A DNA stretch of 64,000 nt from Octopus vulgaris (taxonomy: Eukaryota). Under the pieces are notes generated by a model. The model was given only the letters and a program-made list of their open reading frames with translations, searched no databases and was not told where the DNA came from. This document shows, piece after piece, positions 1 to 14,046 of this stretch. The stretch spans positions 166,036,001-166,100,000 of the forward strand of contig OX597817.1 of assembly GCA_951406725.2 (NCBI GenBank). The letters run 5' to 3'. The position numbers and the translations under genes are program-made. The first letter of the stretch is position 1, and every line of letters starts with the position of its first letter.

Positions 1-234
1 ACATATCTATCTGTCTGTCTATATGAATATATGTATGGATAGATGTCTACCTATCTGTCTACTTATTTCTCTGTCTCTCTATGTGTCTGTTTAAGAATAT
101 CCTGGTTTTAAATTGCGAATTTCTCCCCGGCAGTTTCTGCTCTAGGTGCATGGTTCTTTTATTGGGATTATCCGTGGGTATGTATGTACATATTTTGTAT
201 TTATAAATGCTCTCGTTTACCCATGTACGCATTT

Positions 235-235
<1 letters not shown>

Positions 236-279
<44 letters not shown>

Positions 280-428
280 CAGATAGATACATACATACAT
301 ACATACATACATACATACATACATACATACATACATACATACATACATACATACATACATACATACATACATACATACATACATACATACATACATACAT
401 ACATACATACATACATACATACATACAT
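236..428. repeat. (AGAT)n + (ACAT)n microsatellite
   Basis: Directly visible tandem tetranucleotides; they produce the MYVC/LSIY ORFs. Confidence 0.98.
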
Positions 429-658
429 GCATGTATATATACATATATTTATATCAGTAATAATATAGGGTGAAATTAATTAATTTGGAATAATCATTAA
501 TTTCACCAAGTAGATTTCGGCATGTAAAAGGAGGAAAGTTTAAGTAATACTAAGTAATTAAGGGTTTAGCAACGATTTGCCTCACCACACACCGAGTTTA
601 GAAATAGCAGTCAAAGAGTTATAGCTATTCTTTCTACTAAAAGGGAGATCTCGAGATC

Positions 659-3220
659 TCCCAGGAATGACACGATGCGAACGAGGACAGGCGAGGTCCC
701 TCTTGAACCTAATCAACACTCTGTACATGGAGCAAGTAATACTCCAACCAACCAGGGCAGGTAGCATACTGGATCTCTGCTTCACAAATAATATGGATCT
801 CATCCATAATGTGAAAGTGACACCGACACTACTCTCGGATCACAACATGGTAGAGCTGACCATGTACGGGCCAAAGGAAAGCATGGACATGCAGCCTACA
901 AGAAACTCTCAGAATCTTTCCAGCTTGAACTTCCATAAGGCAAACTGGAAACAAATTGAGAAAGAGATCCTCAAACAAAACTAGCCTGAATGTCTCTCCT
1001 CGCCAGACATCGACATGAAAATTCAACAATTCATGTCTGTAATGCAAGCCATATGCTACAAATGTGTCCCAGAGAGAAAGGCCACTGTACACAAGAACAA
1101 AATCCCCAGAGAGAGGAAAATTCTAATGAGACGGCGTACAAAAGTTTCAAATCGCCTAAACAAGCAAATTGAAAGCAGTGAAAAGTCCCGCCTGAAAATA
1201 AAACTGTTGGAAATTGAAAATTTTCTGGAACTCTCCCATGAAAACGAAAGAGCAGACAAAGAAGCCTGGGCTATAGACAACATAAAATCTAACCCCAGAG
1301 CTTTCTACAGGTATGCCAAAGAAACAGCTACGGTGCACTGTAGGATATTGCCACTCCTTGAAAAGGATGGCACACTCACAGGAAATCCAATGAGGATAAG
1401 TGAAATACTAAATGAGCAATTCAAGAGTATTTTCATTCCACCCCTAGGGCATTTCCAAGTCAGCAATCCAACTGACTTCTTTACCACTGCAGATATAAAA
1501 TCAGAGGCAGCGATGATTGATTACATCAATATAAAGGAAGACGATGTAATAAAGGCGATAGCTGACATGAAAACAAACTCAGCTACTGGCCCCGATGGAT
1601 TCCCAGCAGTCCTTCTAAAAGTATGTAAGAGAGTCCTAGCAAGACCACTTTCAGAGCTTCCTTGCAACTGGCAAACTTCCAAGAAAACTGAAGGAAGGTA
1701 AAATATGCCCTATTCATAAAGGAGGTAGCAGAGCAGAGGCCAAGAACTACAGACCTATCTCTCTGACCTCACACATCAGCAAGGTCATGGAACGAATAGT
1801 CAGAAGGAAACTAATCACCTTCCTTGAAGAAAATGACTTGCTGCCTGACACCCAACATGGTTTCCGACTAGGAAGAAGCTGCTTAACTCAACTCCTACAA
1901 CACTATGACTGGGTGCTGAAACGACTGCTCAACCACTCAAATGTGGAAGTCATATATCTCGACTTTGCAAAGGCCTTTGATAAAGTCGATCATGGAATGA
2001 TACGTCACAAACTGCGTGATCTTGGAATAGTTGGAAAATTGGGAGAATGGCTTCATGACTTTCTGAAGGATAGAAGTCAGGTGGTAGTAGCCAATGGGGC
2101 TACTTCCATTAACACGCAAATAGTGAGCGGTGTTCCGCAAGGCACTGTTTTGGGACCACTACTGTTCATAAAGGCCCTCTCAGACATGCCCTCAGCCGCG
2201 CAAAGAGCCACGATCACAAGTTATGCAGATGATACAAAAGTTTCACAGGCAATACAGAACCCTGAAGACACTAAGCACTTGCAATGTGAGCTGGACAAAA
2301 TATACAAGTGGGCTGAAAAGAATAGCATGCAGTACAATGCTGAAAAGTTTCACGCTTTATACTATCAGCATGCAAAACTAAATGCAATATCCAATAAATA
2401 CACTGGACCTGGAGGGATTGCAATCCCAGAGGCACAATCAGTGCGAAACCTGGGTATTTACATGAGTGATGATGCAACCTTTCACGTGCATGTTGCTAAA
2501 TTGGCAATGAAATGTAGGCGGCTGACCGGATGGATTCTTAGAACCTTTAGAACAAGAGACCAGGAAACCATGATGGTCCTTTGGAGGACACTTGTCCTAA
2601 GCCACTTTGACTATTGCTCTCAGCTATGGTCACCATCCAGTGTCAAGTTAATCACAGAACTTGAGGCGATCCAACGAAGCTACACGAAGAAGATAGCCTC
2701 TGTGCAGCATATAAGCTACTGGGAAAGACTCAAGAGATTAAGACTCTATTCCTTAGAGCGTAGGCGAGAAAGATATGCCATAATATACATCTGGAAGATC
2801 CTAGAAGGACTTATCCCAAACTTTGGCATCGAGAGTTACACAAATGCTAGAACTGGGCGCCACTGCATAGTGCCAAGGACTCCAAATTTGCCATCAACAT
2901 GTAGGACAAGATACTGTGATAGCCTGGGCTTCAGAGGCCCACAGCTCTTCAATATCCTCCCGAAGAACCTGAGAGACCTGCATGGGGTGGATGCAGATGT
3001 CTTTAAAATAAAACTGGATCTCTTCTTGCCAGGTGTCCCAGATTAACCAACTTCACAGCAGGAGGTGCAGATGAGGGCAGCTGCATCGAACTCTTTCATG
3101 CACCAAATGGCAATTGCTAAAAAGCATTCGTGAAGTAAAATCATGTAGCAACACCAAATGGCGGTGCCCCAGCATGGCCACAGCTCGTGAGCTGAAACTA
3201 GATAAAGATAAAGATAAAGA
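659..3220 (+). mobile_element. 5'-truncated LINE retrotransposon, CR1/L2 group (APE endonuclease C-terminus + reverse transcriptase), with (GATAAA)n tail
   Basis: APE C-terminal motifs PTRAGSILDLCFTN and LSDHNMV; RT motifs ATGPDGF, NYRPISLTS, QHGFRLGRSC, YLDFAKAFDKV, SGVPQGTVLGPLLF, YADD; C-terminal HFDYCSQLWSP and SLERRR; 3' stem-loop then GATAAA repeats at 3201-3220. Confidence 0.95.
667..3133 (+). pseudogene. LINE ORF2 (EN-RT) with few lesions
   Basis: ORFs 667-984 and 1015-1701 share a frame separated by one TAG (982-984). A frameshift near 1650 joins the RT frame (ORF 1787-3046). TAA 3044-3046 appears premature, since the frame reads on PTSQQEVQMRAAASNS to TGA 3131-3133. Confidence 0.88.
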
Positions 3221-3223
3221 AGA

Positions 3224-3289
<66 letters not shown>

Positions 3290-3325
3290 GTGTGTGTGTG
3301 TATGTGCGTGTGTGTGTGTATGTCA

Positions 3326-3590
3326 ATGATCATGGGATTGTCCATAGATATTTCCCCTCAGAGGCACAAATCCAGGCAAGTTAGTTTATGAAATGCAAGA
3401 CCAGCAGTCGCACATGCATAACAGCCACCTTTCTACGCGCCACTATTCATATCAAAGGTGAAATCAAAGGCAGATGTCTACAGCTGAATGAAATGGAGCA
3501 ACGTGAAATAAGGTATCTTGCTCAAAGTGCACGGCACACAATCCGGTACGGGAATCGAACTCGCTATCTCATGATTGTGAGCATGACATG
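3326..3590 (-). mobile_element. tRNA-derived SINE, head type C + tail type D (diverged)
   Basis: Minus strand has B-box GAGTTCGATTCCC and body TTGAGCAAGATACCTTATTTCACGTTGCTCCA; tail similar to 50220-50400. Confidence 0.7.
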
Positions 3591-4007
3591 GATGCAGGTT
3601 TGGTGTTGAATACGCAGATCTTTATACGTGTGTATAGGCACTTATTATGTGTTAAACGTCTTGAATATTTTGATGAGGCTTTTGATGAATTAAGCTGCGA
3701 TTTTTTAATTAGGCATGTTCTATCTGATTTGGAGAAACCTAGATTCTTAAGAATTATACTGAGGCATCACTAATCTAGAGAATCGAGAGAGGGGGGAAGG
3801 AATAAAGGAGAGAGAAAGAGAGAGAGAGAAAGAAAGAGAGATGGTTTAACTACATATAAATCCAACAGTTCATTGCTTGGATAAAGAACTCGCTATGTGA
3901 CATAGTGTTCAATATATAATTTTAGAAGCCTATAGTAACTTAGAAGTTTTGCCAAATTTGTCTTTTCAAACTGTATTACAATAATAGATATTTGTCATGT
4001 ATAAATG

Positions 4008-4391
4008 GAAGCGCTCCGTCGGTAACGACGATGAGGGTTCCGGTTGATCCAAAACAACGGAACAGCCTGCTCGTGAAATTAACGTGTAAGTGGCTGAGAA
4101 CTCCACAGACACGTGCACCCTTAACGTAGTCCTCGGGGATATTCAGCGTGACACAGAGAGTGACAAGGCCGGCCCCTTGAAATACAGGTACAACAGAGAC
4201 AGGAAGTAAGAGTGAGAGAAAGTTGTAGTGAAAGAGTACAGCAGGGATCACCACCATACCCTGCCGGAGCCTCGTGGAGCTTTTAGGTGTTTTCGCTCAA
4301 TAAACACTCACAACGCCCGGTCTGGGAATCGAAACCGCGATCCTATGACCGCGAGTCCGCTGCCCTAACCACTAGGCCATTGCGCCTCCAC
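4008..4391 (-). mobile_element. tRNA-derived SINE, head type B + tail type A
   Basis: Minus strand GGAGGCGCAATGGCCTAGTGG (A box) and GGTTTCGATTCCC (B box); matches 58519-58884 along its length. Confidence 0.85.
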
Positions 4392-4619
4392 TGTCATGTA
4401 TAAAATTAGAGGAATGAAAATTAAGGTGAACAGTTTTAATGAGTAGAAAAGCTTTATTATTAAAGACATTACCAATAAATATCAAGTAAAATGGCCAATA
4501 ACAGGTTGTATTCAAAACATGATGTGGGGTGGGAATAAATAAAAATACATCTAAGATGAGTTAGGTGGAATTTTTGTGTTGTATGGAAAAGTATTAGATA
4601 CATGGCATTGCATGAAATG

Positions 4620-4825
4620 TAAAGACCCCCTTTCAGTCATGAAGGACCATGAGATTGAACCTAGAACATTACCCTCCGAGGCACAAGTCCGGGCAAGGTT
4701 GTTCATGGGAAACCAGCAGTCGTTTGTGCATACCGGCCTCCCCTCTCCACGCCACTAATGTAGTAATCGTAGGGAATGGTAAAGGCCGATACAGCTTGGC
4801 CCCCAGTGAGGTCGCAACTAATTTC
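4620..4825 (-). mobile_element. SINE tail type D fragment
   Basis: Reverse complement of 50205-50400. Confidence 0.75.
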
Positions 4826-5326
4826 TTCACTTTTGAGGAAATTAAGAGAAGTTATCAAAATCAAGAGTGTCTATCTTAAGATCAGCAAAGGCATCAGCTC
4901 CTCCTGCAGGACGAACGCTCCGGTCCACAACTCGCTTTAACCACTGAAGCCATGCGTATGGTTATGAACATATCCCCATCATAAATATTCTCAATGGCCT
5001 TCTAATTTACCCTCTGATTCACGTTCGTTCCCAAATATCGTGAATATATTAAGATTACGTTAGAACGAGCTGTTTTGCATATCAGTTCTATTGGCCATTT
5101 TGGATTAATATTTTAAAGCTATGCTCCTGGCAGCGTGGTTCTTGATTTTCATAGAGAAACCCCATGAGCTCCAAAATCTAAACGCACCGCAAACTTATTA
5201 CTTTGACACTATGGTGCAATCGTTTTAAGTGTAGAAAAATACTGAAAATAACTGTGCCAAATATTTCACCTTTTCTACTGCTATGGGAAGTGGGTCAGGG
5301 GCATTACTTATTGAATCGTCCCTAAT

Positions 5327-5706
5327 CTCTCGTATATATAAACGGCAGTTTGTCTCAATGTTCTAATTTTCTTGACTTCACGTTCGTTCAGCCGAAATAT
5401 CGTGAATGAAACTTGACACACACATAGCCCAATGTCATAATTCAAAACTAACGCAGCCAAAATTTTGAAAAGCTATGCTCCCAGCGTGGTTCTTGATTTT
5501 CATAGAGAAACCCCATGAGCTCCAAAATCTAAACGCACCGCAAACTTATTACTTTGACGCTATGGTGCAATCCTTTTAAGTTTTAAACAATACTGAAAAA
5601 AAATTTACCATCACTTTTTTCCATATTTTTGCTACCTTTTTCGATAACTCTAGAATACTTTATAGTTATCCGTCCCTAATATATATAGCAACGCCGGGCG
5701 ATACTG

Positions 5707-5710
<4 letters not shown>
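5327..5710 (+). mobile_element. Non-autonomous Helitron (rearranged; part duplicated at ~5015-5250)
   Basis: 5' TCTCTCGTATATATAAACGGCAGTTTGTC matches the 5' end of the 26990-27372 copy; 3' end AGCAACGCCGGGCGATACTGCTAT. Confidence 0.65.
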
Positions 5711-5749
<39 letters not shown>

Positions 5750-6176
5750 CTGTAAGTCTTAGAATTCTCAAATAAAAGTAAATCATTCTTATTTCTTACC
5801 GAATCAAGAAACACAATAACGGACATTTTAATTTATTCAGGAGTAGTAACCAGATTATATGTACTATTGTTGTCCAAGGGACCAAAATACCGCCGTGAAT
5901 CATTTGGTACGAGGCTGCACTGAAAGAATAAATTCAAAAAACTTATTTCTATTTTATTGACTATCACCATCTGAAATAAAAAAACAAAAACGTCAAAAGG
6001 ACGTACACAGTTAATGTATTAAGGTTGACGGTCAGTTTAAGATGGGAAAAAGAGAAGGTGTGAAACGTTTCGAGTATGGCTGTTTGTCAGAAAGAGGAGA
6101 AAAGAAAGATCCGAAGAGAAGGAAAAAATAGGCCAAAAAAGCACGCGTTTGGTTACACACACACACACACACATAT

Positions 6177-6224
<48 letters not shown>

Positions 6225-6568
6225 GTGTAACCACATCTGTGGGAAAATTATATCGTATGAAACCGGTTCGTTGTATGCTACTATAGACATTAAATCATAC
6301 ATTATAACTCTTTAGATATGATTTGGAAGATATATCCTGTAATAGGAACCACCATAACATGGATAGATTTAGAAAGCCTTTAACTCAGATTATTCAAAAT
6401 TTAATTTAATTTAATTTACAGTTAGCTCGTGCCCAAAAGTAGTAACATTCCTAGGCTTAATCAAGACAAGCATTATAGCCCCTACTTACACCTAAAAGAA
6501 GTAAAGATACCCGCTGAGAATCATTAAATGCCTCACAGATAACATCAGTAGTTTCATAATATGCCTAA

Positions 6569-6970
6569 TCTATCTCTACATATAAAGCTGAAGTTATCTG
6601 TGTATGGCAGGTTTGGTAGCCTTCAACTAACACTATCTCTTCCGAGACCCTGCGGCGCAAGTTGACCAAAATTGAGAGTATGACAGAAGAAAGCCTGCTC
6701 TTCATTCCGTAGAAGAAAAAAATCAAATCGAACCATCTTAACACCAAATATTATTTACATCAAAAAGGTGCTTTTTTCTATGAAAATCCCTATTTTTTAC
6801 GATCTTTTGACTGCTGTGTCGCCATTTTTCGGTCTATTTCAACCAGCAAAATGTTCACTTAAAGAGAATAACAAGCTATATAATGCGAAATTTTTGCTTT
6901 TCAAAAATTCCAATTCCAAAGGGTCGAAAAAAACCAAACAAACCCGAGCAACGCCGGGCAATACTGTTAG
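6569..6970 (+). mobile_element. Non-autonomous Helitron (distinct internal sequence)
   Basis: A^TC 5' end; subterminal hairpin CCCGAGCAACGCCGGG; 3' end ATACTGTTAG^T. Confidence 0.75.
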
Positions 6971-7987
6971 TGTTAGATAATGAAATATTCAACAAAACAA
7001 CTTCCGTCATGCCTTAGAATTATTTAAAGACAAAAATTTAAAGAAGAATTCATGAAACCAGCAACTTGTACAGAAAAAATTAAGCATGAGAATATAAAGT
7101 AAATCCTACGTAAACTACTGTCCCTTTAGCATAAATGCATTGTCTCTCATTGTCCATCATTCACCCTCCGATGATGGAATAGATTGCTACTGTATGGCCA
7201 ACTACTGTTTGTTTTCAGGGAAATGCACCGTCTGCGCATCTGTTCTTGAAACAACTGTAGGAGACTATATGCACACCTTCTTACTTCCTCCTTATGATCT
7301 ATACTCATACAACTCAATCTTCATATTTAAATATATGATATCATAATCTAATTGTTTGCCTATTTATACTTTTATTCTATTATACACAAAACTGTATTCT
7401 TTGTATGTATGTACAGCAAGGGGCTTCCTATCACTGATAAGATTGCACTTCTACGTGTTACATAGTAACCGCATGATAATTAACAAAAGCAGCGTAAAAT
7501 ACGACTATGGTTATTTACTTAAGATAAGGACCAAGTCTTTGACCACCAGTCATTGAAATCCTGAAGAGAAGCGTTTCATAACATTTCCTCCAGTGATTAA
7601 GCCATTTAAAAGGATTACAACACACGGTGACTTATTGCACCTTATAAAACATTCCTTCAGTATGATATAAAAAAAAAACACCATTTATAAATGTTTTCTT
7701 GCTACCTGGGACTCATAAGGCTTGTTACACGGTTTCCATGGTGTATAAATGTCCGAGATAGCAACGTTTTTCTCAGACTGTGATGCCGGTCTGATGGAGA
7801 GTTCAAACAATTATGATGTAAGCGTTCAAGCCGATTACATCGACACCAGTACTCGACTGGTACTTTATTTAATTGACGCCTGAAAGTGATAGCACACAAA
7901 GTTGACCTCGACGGGATTTGAACTCAGAACGTAAACAGCCTGAAGAAATGCCACAAAGCATTTTGTTCGACATGTTATATATGTGGT

Positions 7988-8230
7988 TGTTGTTTGTTCC
8001 TTCTCGAGCCACGCCTGGCTCATAAGGGCCAATTTCCCGGTTTCCTTGGCGTATAGAATTCCCCACCTGGACGGGACGCCGGTCCGTCGCAGGTGAGCTG
8101 CAAGATGCAGGAGGAAAGATTGAGAGAAAGTTGTGTCGAAAAGATACAGCAGAAGTTCGCCATTACCTTCTGTCGGGGCCACGTGGAACTTAAGTGTTTC
8201 GCTCATAAACACACACATCGCTCGGTCTGA
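7988..8230 (-). mobile_element. SINE, head-B body + tail type E
   Basis: Body GAGCGAAACACTTAAGTTCCACGTGGCCCCG as in head B; tail CCTGCGACGGACCGGCGTCCCGTCCAGG; ends in (AAC)n. Confidence 0.7.
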
Positions 8231-8446
8231 GGTTCATATTACGCACACATAGATACTGGCAGGCATTCATACTTACTCATATTACACACACGCTCACACG
8301 TACTCACACACATACACACAACACACACACACTGACACATTCATATATATATATATATATACATAAAGCGCTTACAACTAACTTCTTGTTTTAGAATGCC
8401 TATTTTATTACTTAAAATATATGCAATACCATTTAAGTATATTTAA

Positions 8447-8857
8447 TTCTTTATTGCCCACAAGGGGCTAAACATAGAGAGGACAAACAAGGACAGACAA
8501 AGGGATTAAGTCGATTAGATCGACCCCAGTGCGTAACTGGTACTTAATTTATCGAACCCCGAAAGGATGAAAGGCAAAGTCGACCTCGGCGGAAATTGAT
8601 CTCAGAACGTAGCGGCAGACGAAATACCTATTTCTTTACTACCCACAAGGGGCTAAACACAGAGAGGACAAACAAGGACAGACAAACGGATTAAGTCGAT
8701 TATATCGACCCAAGTGCGTAACTGGTACTTAGTTTATCGACCCCGAAAGGATGAAAGGCTAAGTCGACCTCGACGGAATTTGAACTCAGAACGTAACGGC
8801 AGACGACATACGGCTACGCATTTCGCCCGGCGTGCTAACGTTTCGGCCAGCTCGCCG
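8447..8857 (-). mobile_element. tRNA-derived SINE with Deu/Nin-like central domain, two tandem body units
   Basis: Minus strand head CGGCGAGCTGGCCGAAACGTTAGCAC...GAGTTCAAATTCC and core GAGGTCGACTTTGCCTTTCATCCTTTCGGGGT. The domain name is from memory of Deu/Nin cores. Confidence 0.75.
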
Positions 8858-8877
8858 ATTTAAGTATAGTTTCACTA

Positions 8878-9126
8878 TGTACATACATACATACATGCAT
8901 GCATGGATACATACATTCATACATGCATACATACATACATACATACATACATACATACATACATACATACATTCATGAGTACATACGTACATACGTACAT
9001 ACATACATACATACATACATACATACATACATACATACATACATGCATGCATGAATACATACATACATATATACATACGTGCATATACACACACACAGAT
9101 AGATAGATAGATAGATAGATAGATAT

Positions 9127-9223
<97 letters not shown>

Positions 9224-9240
9224 CAGATAGATAGATACAC
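8878..9240. repeat. (ACAT)n/(AGAT)n microsatellite
   Basis: Visible tandem repeats. Confidence 0.97.
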
Positions 9241-9948
9241 ATACATAAATAGATATACATATTATATATAACATATACATATATACAAACACATACAAGA
9301 TTTCATATATAAATATAAAGAACTGTAAATTATATACATCATCGTGAATATTACATTTAGGTGGGAGCCATGAGGAATCAGCAGCTGACTATGTTGTAAA
9401 GTATAGAGAGATTCGCAAAAGAAGTTAAGTTTAAAAAAATAACAACATAAGAATTTCACAAGAATCAAAAGTAAGTTTGGTAAAAGATCTGAAGGCATCT
9501 AAAGCGCTGTCGTACTGCTTTGGTGACCTTGACGTCACACTAAAACTTGTGAGCAGTTATTGATAGACTACTAAGAAGCCAATATGGCCTGTTGCCTGCA
9601 CTAGATGACATACCATAAAAGACAGGGTACAAACTAGAAAGCGTACCACGTTCGCTTTGTTGATCACAATGTTTACATCTCTCTTGGGTTAACTTACAGA
9701 GGAACCTCGGGTAAAAATATAAAGAATCGTAAAGTGAATGCCAGAAGCAAAACATCTTTAAATATTTGAAATTTTCCCTCTTGGAGAAAGAAATCAAAAC
9801 CGTAGCGACACTCAAAGAAAAGGGTGATCATTTCTCATTTTTCCAAGGTTAATGTATTTTCTTAACGCCAGTGGCGATGGTACTCATTAACTAAATAGCG
9901 TAGGTATTGGCATTGTACTTTCGGTATTAGAGTTTCATGTTATTTATT

Positions 9949-10820
<872 letters not shown>

Positions 10821-10909
10821 CATACTATTAACCTATTAACGTTAATTCACATGCTTTGTACAAGACGCTGATAATACGCACAAAGAATAAAGAACTGATT
10901 AGCTATATA

Positions 10910-11080
10910 GGAGTCTAGGACATTTTTCCCGCCAAGGACAATTACTCCTGAGGACAACAGATGATTAATGGAGACGGAGTAATTTACCAAGGGGGATAAT
11001 TGTCTTAGGGGGTAGTTGTCGCCGAGGGGAATTGTCCTATAGAAGGTAATTGTCCTAGTAGGGTAATTGTCCTGATACGC
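10910..11080. mobile_element. Foldback-type MITE with inverted subrepeat arrays
   Basis: GGACA(A)TT subrepeats on the left and AATTGTCC subrepeats on the right. Confidence 0.55.
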
Positions 11081-11249
11081 TGTATAGTGGACAGTTTTGA
11101 TGTGCGGCAATACAGTTTCAGTATTAAAGTTTCATGTTATTTGTTCCATGACATTTTTCATGTAGACCTGGGGTCAATTTTAATCCGACTGAGCAATCGT
11201 TTCTTTTGCTTTTGGTATACCTTGTTTACATGAAGACACATATACTGTA

Positions 11250-11812
11250 TGATAAAGGAAACTTGCTTTTCCTTGTCTGAGAAATCTGCGAGGCGGTCGA
11301 GGGTCGGCCTTACACGTCCGACTCATATACAACCTACAGAGGACTACCTATGTTCATGGGGTGAATGGCTGAAACCTTCCCCTCGATGTTCTGGTATTTT
11401 AAACTCTGATGGCTCACTTCTGACAGAGGAGCCCAAGGTTATGACTCACTGAGCAGATGGTGAACCCATCTAGTACTGATCTAGACACCATGATGTCTTC
11501 AGCACTGGTGACCGATCAACCTGTTAGTTGTAGTCTGCAGTCCAAAGACGAGGCTCGTACGGCAGTCAGTCAGCTCTAGGGCAGGAATGCAGCTGCTGTT
11601 TGTGGCATCCAGGAGATGATCTAGAAAGGCGGAGTGCTGCTGCAAATCATCTGCTCAATCTGGAGCAGATACCTCATACTGCCTGACTAGCATAATTATT
11701 CCACTCCAGAAAGGTAAAGGTGACCCCCACAATAATAAGGTTTTTACACCTCTATTCGTGTCCGGTAAGATTTTGTCAGGGTCATCCTAAGCAAAGTACG
11801 AAATCATCTGCT
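11250..11812 (+). pseudogene. Decayed RTE-type LINE ORF2 fragment (pre-RT region)
   Basis: Frame-broken translation includes GILNSDGSLLTEEPKVMTH, AVSQL*GRNAAAVCGI, IIPLQKGKGD and RVILSKVRNHL. Confidence 0.7.
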
Positions 11813-12218
11813 TGCATCTGAGCGTTTCCCATTTATACATCATTACGCTTTACTATCCAATGATAAAACTGAGTTAAACGGTTTCCTTTTATACACTTGC
11901 ATAGTTGCAACAATAGATTATGTGAGGTTAAGTAAACAGTTATCGTTTATAAAAGATAGAAGTAACCAACTTAGAACACACAATACAAAGACTTAGTTAA
12001 TATACGGAATATTTACTTTATATAGCGAGGTAAGTAAAATAGCCCAGATAACAGTAGATAACACTTAGGGAAAAATTCACAGAAATACGTATAGATTACT
12101 GATTATACAACGATGGATGATACATGCATTCATAGATATACAGAAGCATACATATATACATACATACATATACATGTATACAGACATGTACACACACACA
12201 TATATATATACAAGTGTA

Positions 12219-12264
<46 letters not shown>

Positions 12265-12311
12265 CATGTATATACATATACATATACATATGCATATACA
12301 TATGCATACAT

Positions 12312-12497
12312 TCTTTTAATTGTTTCAGTCATTTGACTGCGGCCATGCTGGAGCACTTCCTTTAGTCGAAAAAATCGACCCCAGGACTTATTCTTTGTTA
12401 GCCTAGTACTTATTCTATCGGGTTTCTTTTTTGCCGAACGGCTAAGGTACGGGGACGTGAACACACCATCATCGGTTGTCAAGCGAAGTTGGGGGAA

Positions 12498-12528
<31 letters not shown>

Positions 12529-12758
12529 CACACACATACACACACACACACACACATATAGGGAGAATTCACAAAAAAAAGACAAAAGACGAAGGCAGGT
12601 GGTGTAGAAAACAAACAGTTGTATTAGTATAACGCTCGGGAATAGAAAAAGTCTTTAACGTTTCGAGCCTACGCTCTTCCACAGAAAGGAACACAGGAAG
12701 AAACAAGGTGAGAAACAAGGAAAGAAAAATGTGTGTAGTGGCTAGCGATCTATCATGG

Positions 12759-12821
<63 letters not shown>

Positions 12822-12942
12822 TACGACGGGCTTCTTTTCATTTTCAGTCTACCAAATCCATTCACAAGGCTTTGGTCGGCCCGAGGCTATAGCAGAAGAC
12901 ACTTGCCCAAGATACCACGCAGTGGGACAGAACCTGGAACCA
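12312..12942 (-). mobile_element. SINE family A with an HHR-bearing insert in its central microsatellite
   Basis: Tail 12312-12500, head 12823-12942, insert about 12560-12760. Confidence 0.85.
12653..12688 (-). ncRNA. Minimal type I hammerhead-like motif (A6U core)
   Basis: Minus strand CTTT-CTGTGGA-A-GAGC-GTAG-GCTC-GAA-ACGT-T-AAAG. Confidence 0.6.
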
Positions 12943-12989
12943 TACATACATACGTACATACATACATACATACATCTATACATACATCT

Positions 12990-13028
<39 letters not shown>

Positions 13029-13074
13029 CTTCAGAATGTGTGTGTACTTGCATATATACACACGCACACACACA

Positions 13075-13106
<32 letters not shown>

Positions 13107-13368
13107 TTGATTAATGACAGAGACGAAAAATGAAAGATACGTGAATCTTTATTGATCACTACAGTTGTTCCGACCCATATAACATCCCCCCTCTCTCTCT
13201 CTCTCTTTCTCGTAAATCAAGATACCCAGCGAATACTGAATCAGTGATCGTGCTTTACCGGCAAACTGCCAGGTGTATACCATACGATTTATTAACTAAT
13301 AACATATATATATATATATATATATGTAGAACCACACACCCCATATACATTTGAGTGTATACGAGTAT

Positions 13369-13404
<36 letters not shown>

Positions 13405-13416
<12 letters not shown>

Positions 13417-13911
13417 TGTAGTTGTGTGAGTGTCTGTCCCCTTCGATTTAGATTCCTAACTCTCCCACATTTTGCGGTGCAGTTTAACCAAATTCGGGTA
13501 TCTTATAGTCGTGATTCATATCGAGCCCGTCTGCGTATTAGCGCGCGTCTACGATGAGTCTACGATTTTAAAAATAATTTAACATCATTTTTTATTCCAT
13601 TTTAATGCATAATTTTTCGTGTGTCGATGGCGGCGGATTTGGCGTCCATAGTCGCACCTGCACCTGTTTGCTTCTCCCCCTTCTTCCCTCCCTCGTGAAG
13701 CTGTGGTGAAGGGAGTGTAAGGAAATCAACGTCGTAAAGCGTTGTCAAGGGACCAGCGTTCTTTTAGAACAACGACTTCATGGCTTGAAGACACCAAAAC
13801 AGAAATGGCTAAGAAAGCCCGAATTGGCATCTATAAGGGAAGTAACTCTCTAAAAATGCTTATATAGTTATTTCCCTTACAAACCCGAGCAACGCCGGGC
13901 GATATTGCTAG
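13405..13911 (+). mobile_element. Non-autonomous Helitron with GC-rich internal segment
   Basis: 5' TATAAAACTGTAGTTGTGTGAGTGTCTGTC; 3' hairpin CCCGAGCAACGCCGGG + ATATTGCTAG^T. Confidence 0.85.
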
Positions 13912-13934
13912 TATATATATATATATATATATAT

Positions 13935-14046
13935 ACAAAATTAGAAAATGGAGAAACATACTTAAATCAATCAAACATCAACCAACAGATGATTGTTGGT
14001 TGATGTTTGATTGATTTAAGTATGTTTCTCCATTTTCTAATTTTGT
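13935..14046. repeat. Long inverted repeat (~53-bp arms) next to (TA)n
   Basis: ACAAAATTAGAAAATGGAGAAAC...CAACCAACA / TGTTGGTTG...CTAATTTTGT. Confidence 0.9.

Noticed and set aside
659-3220. Active LINE or domesticated RT gene
   Set aside because: It is 5'-truncated within the endonuclease, with a premature stop, a frameshift and a likely second premature stop.
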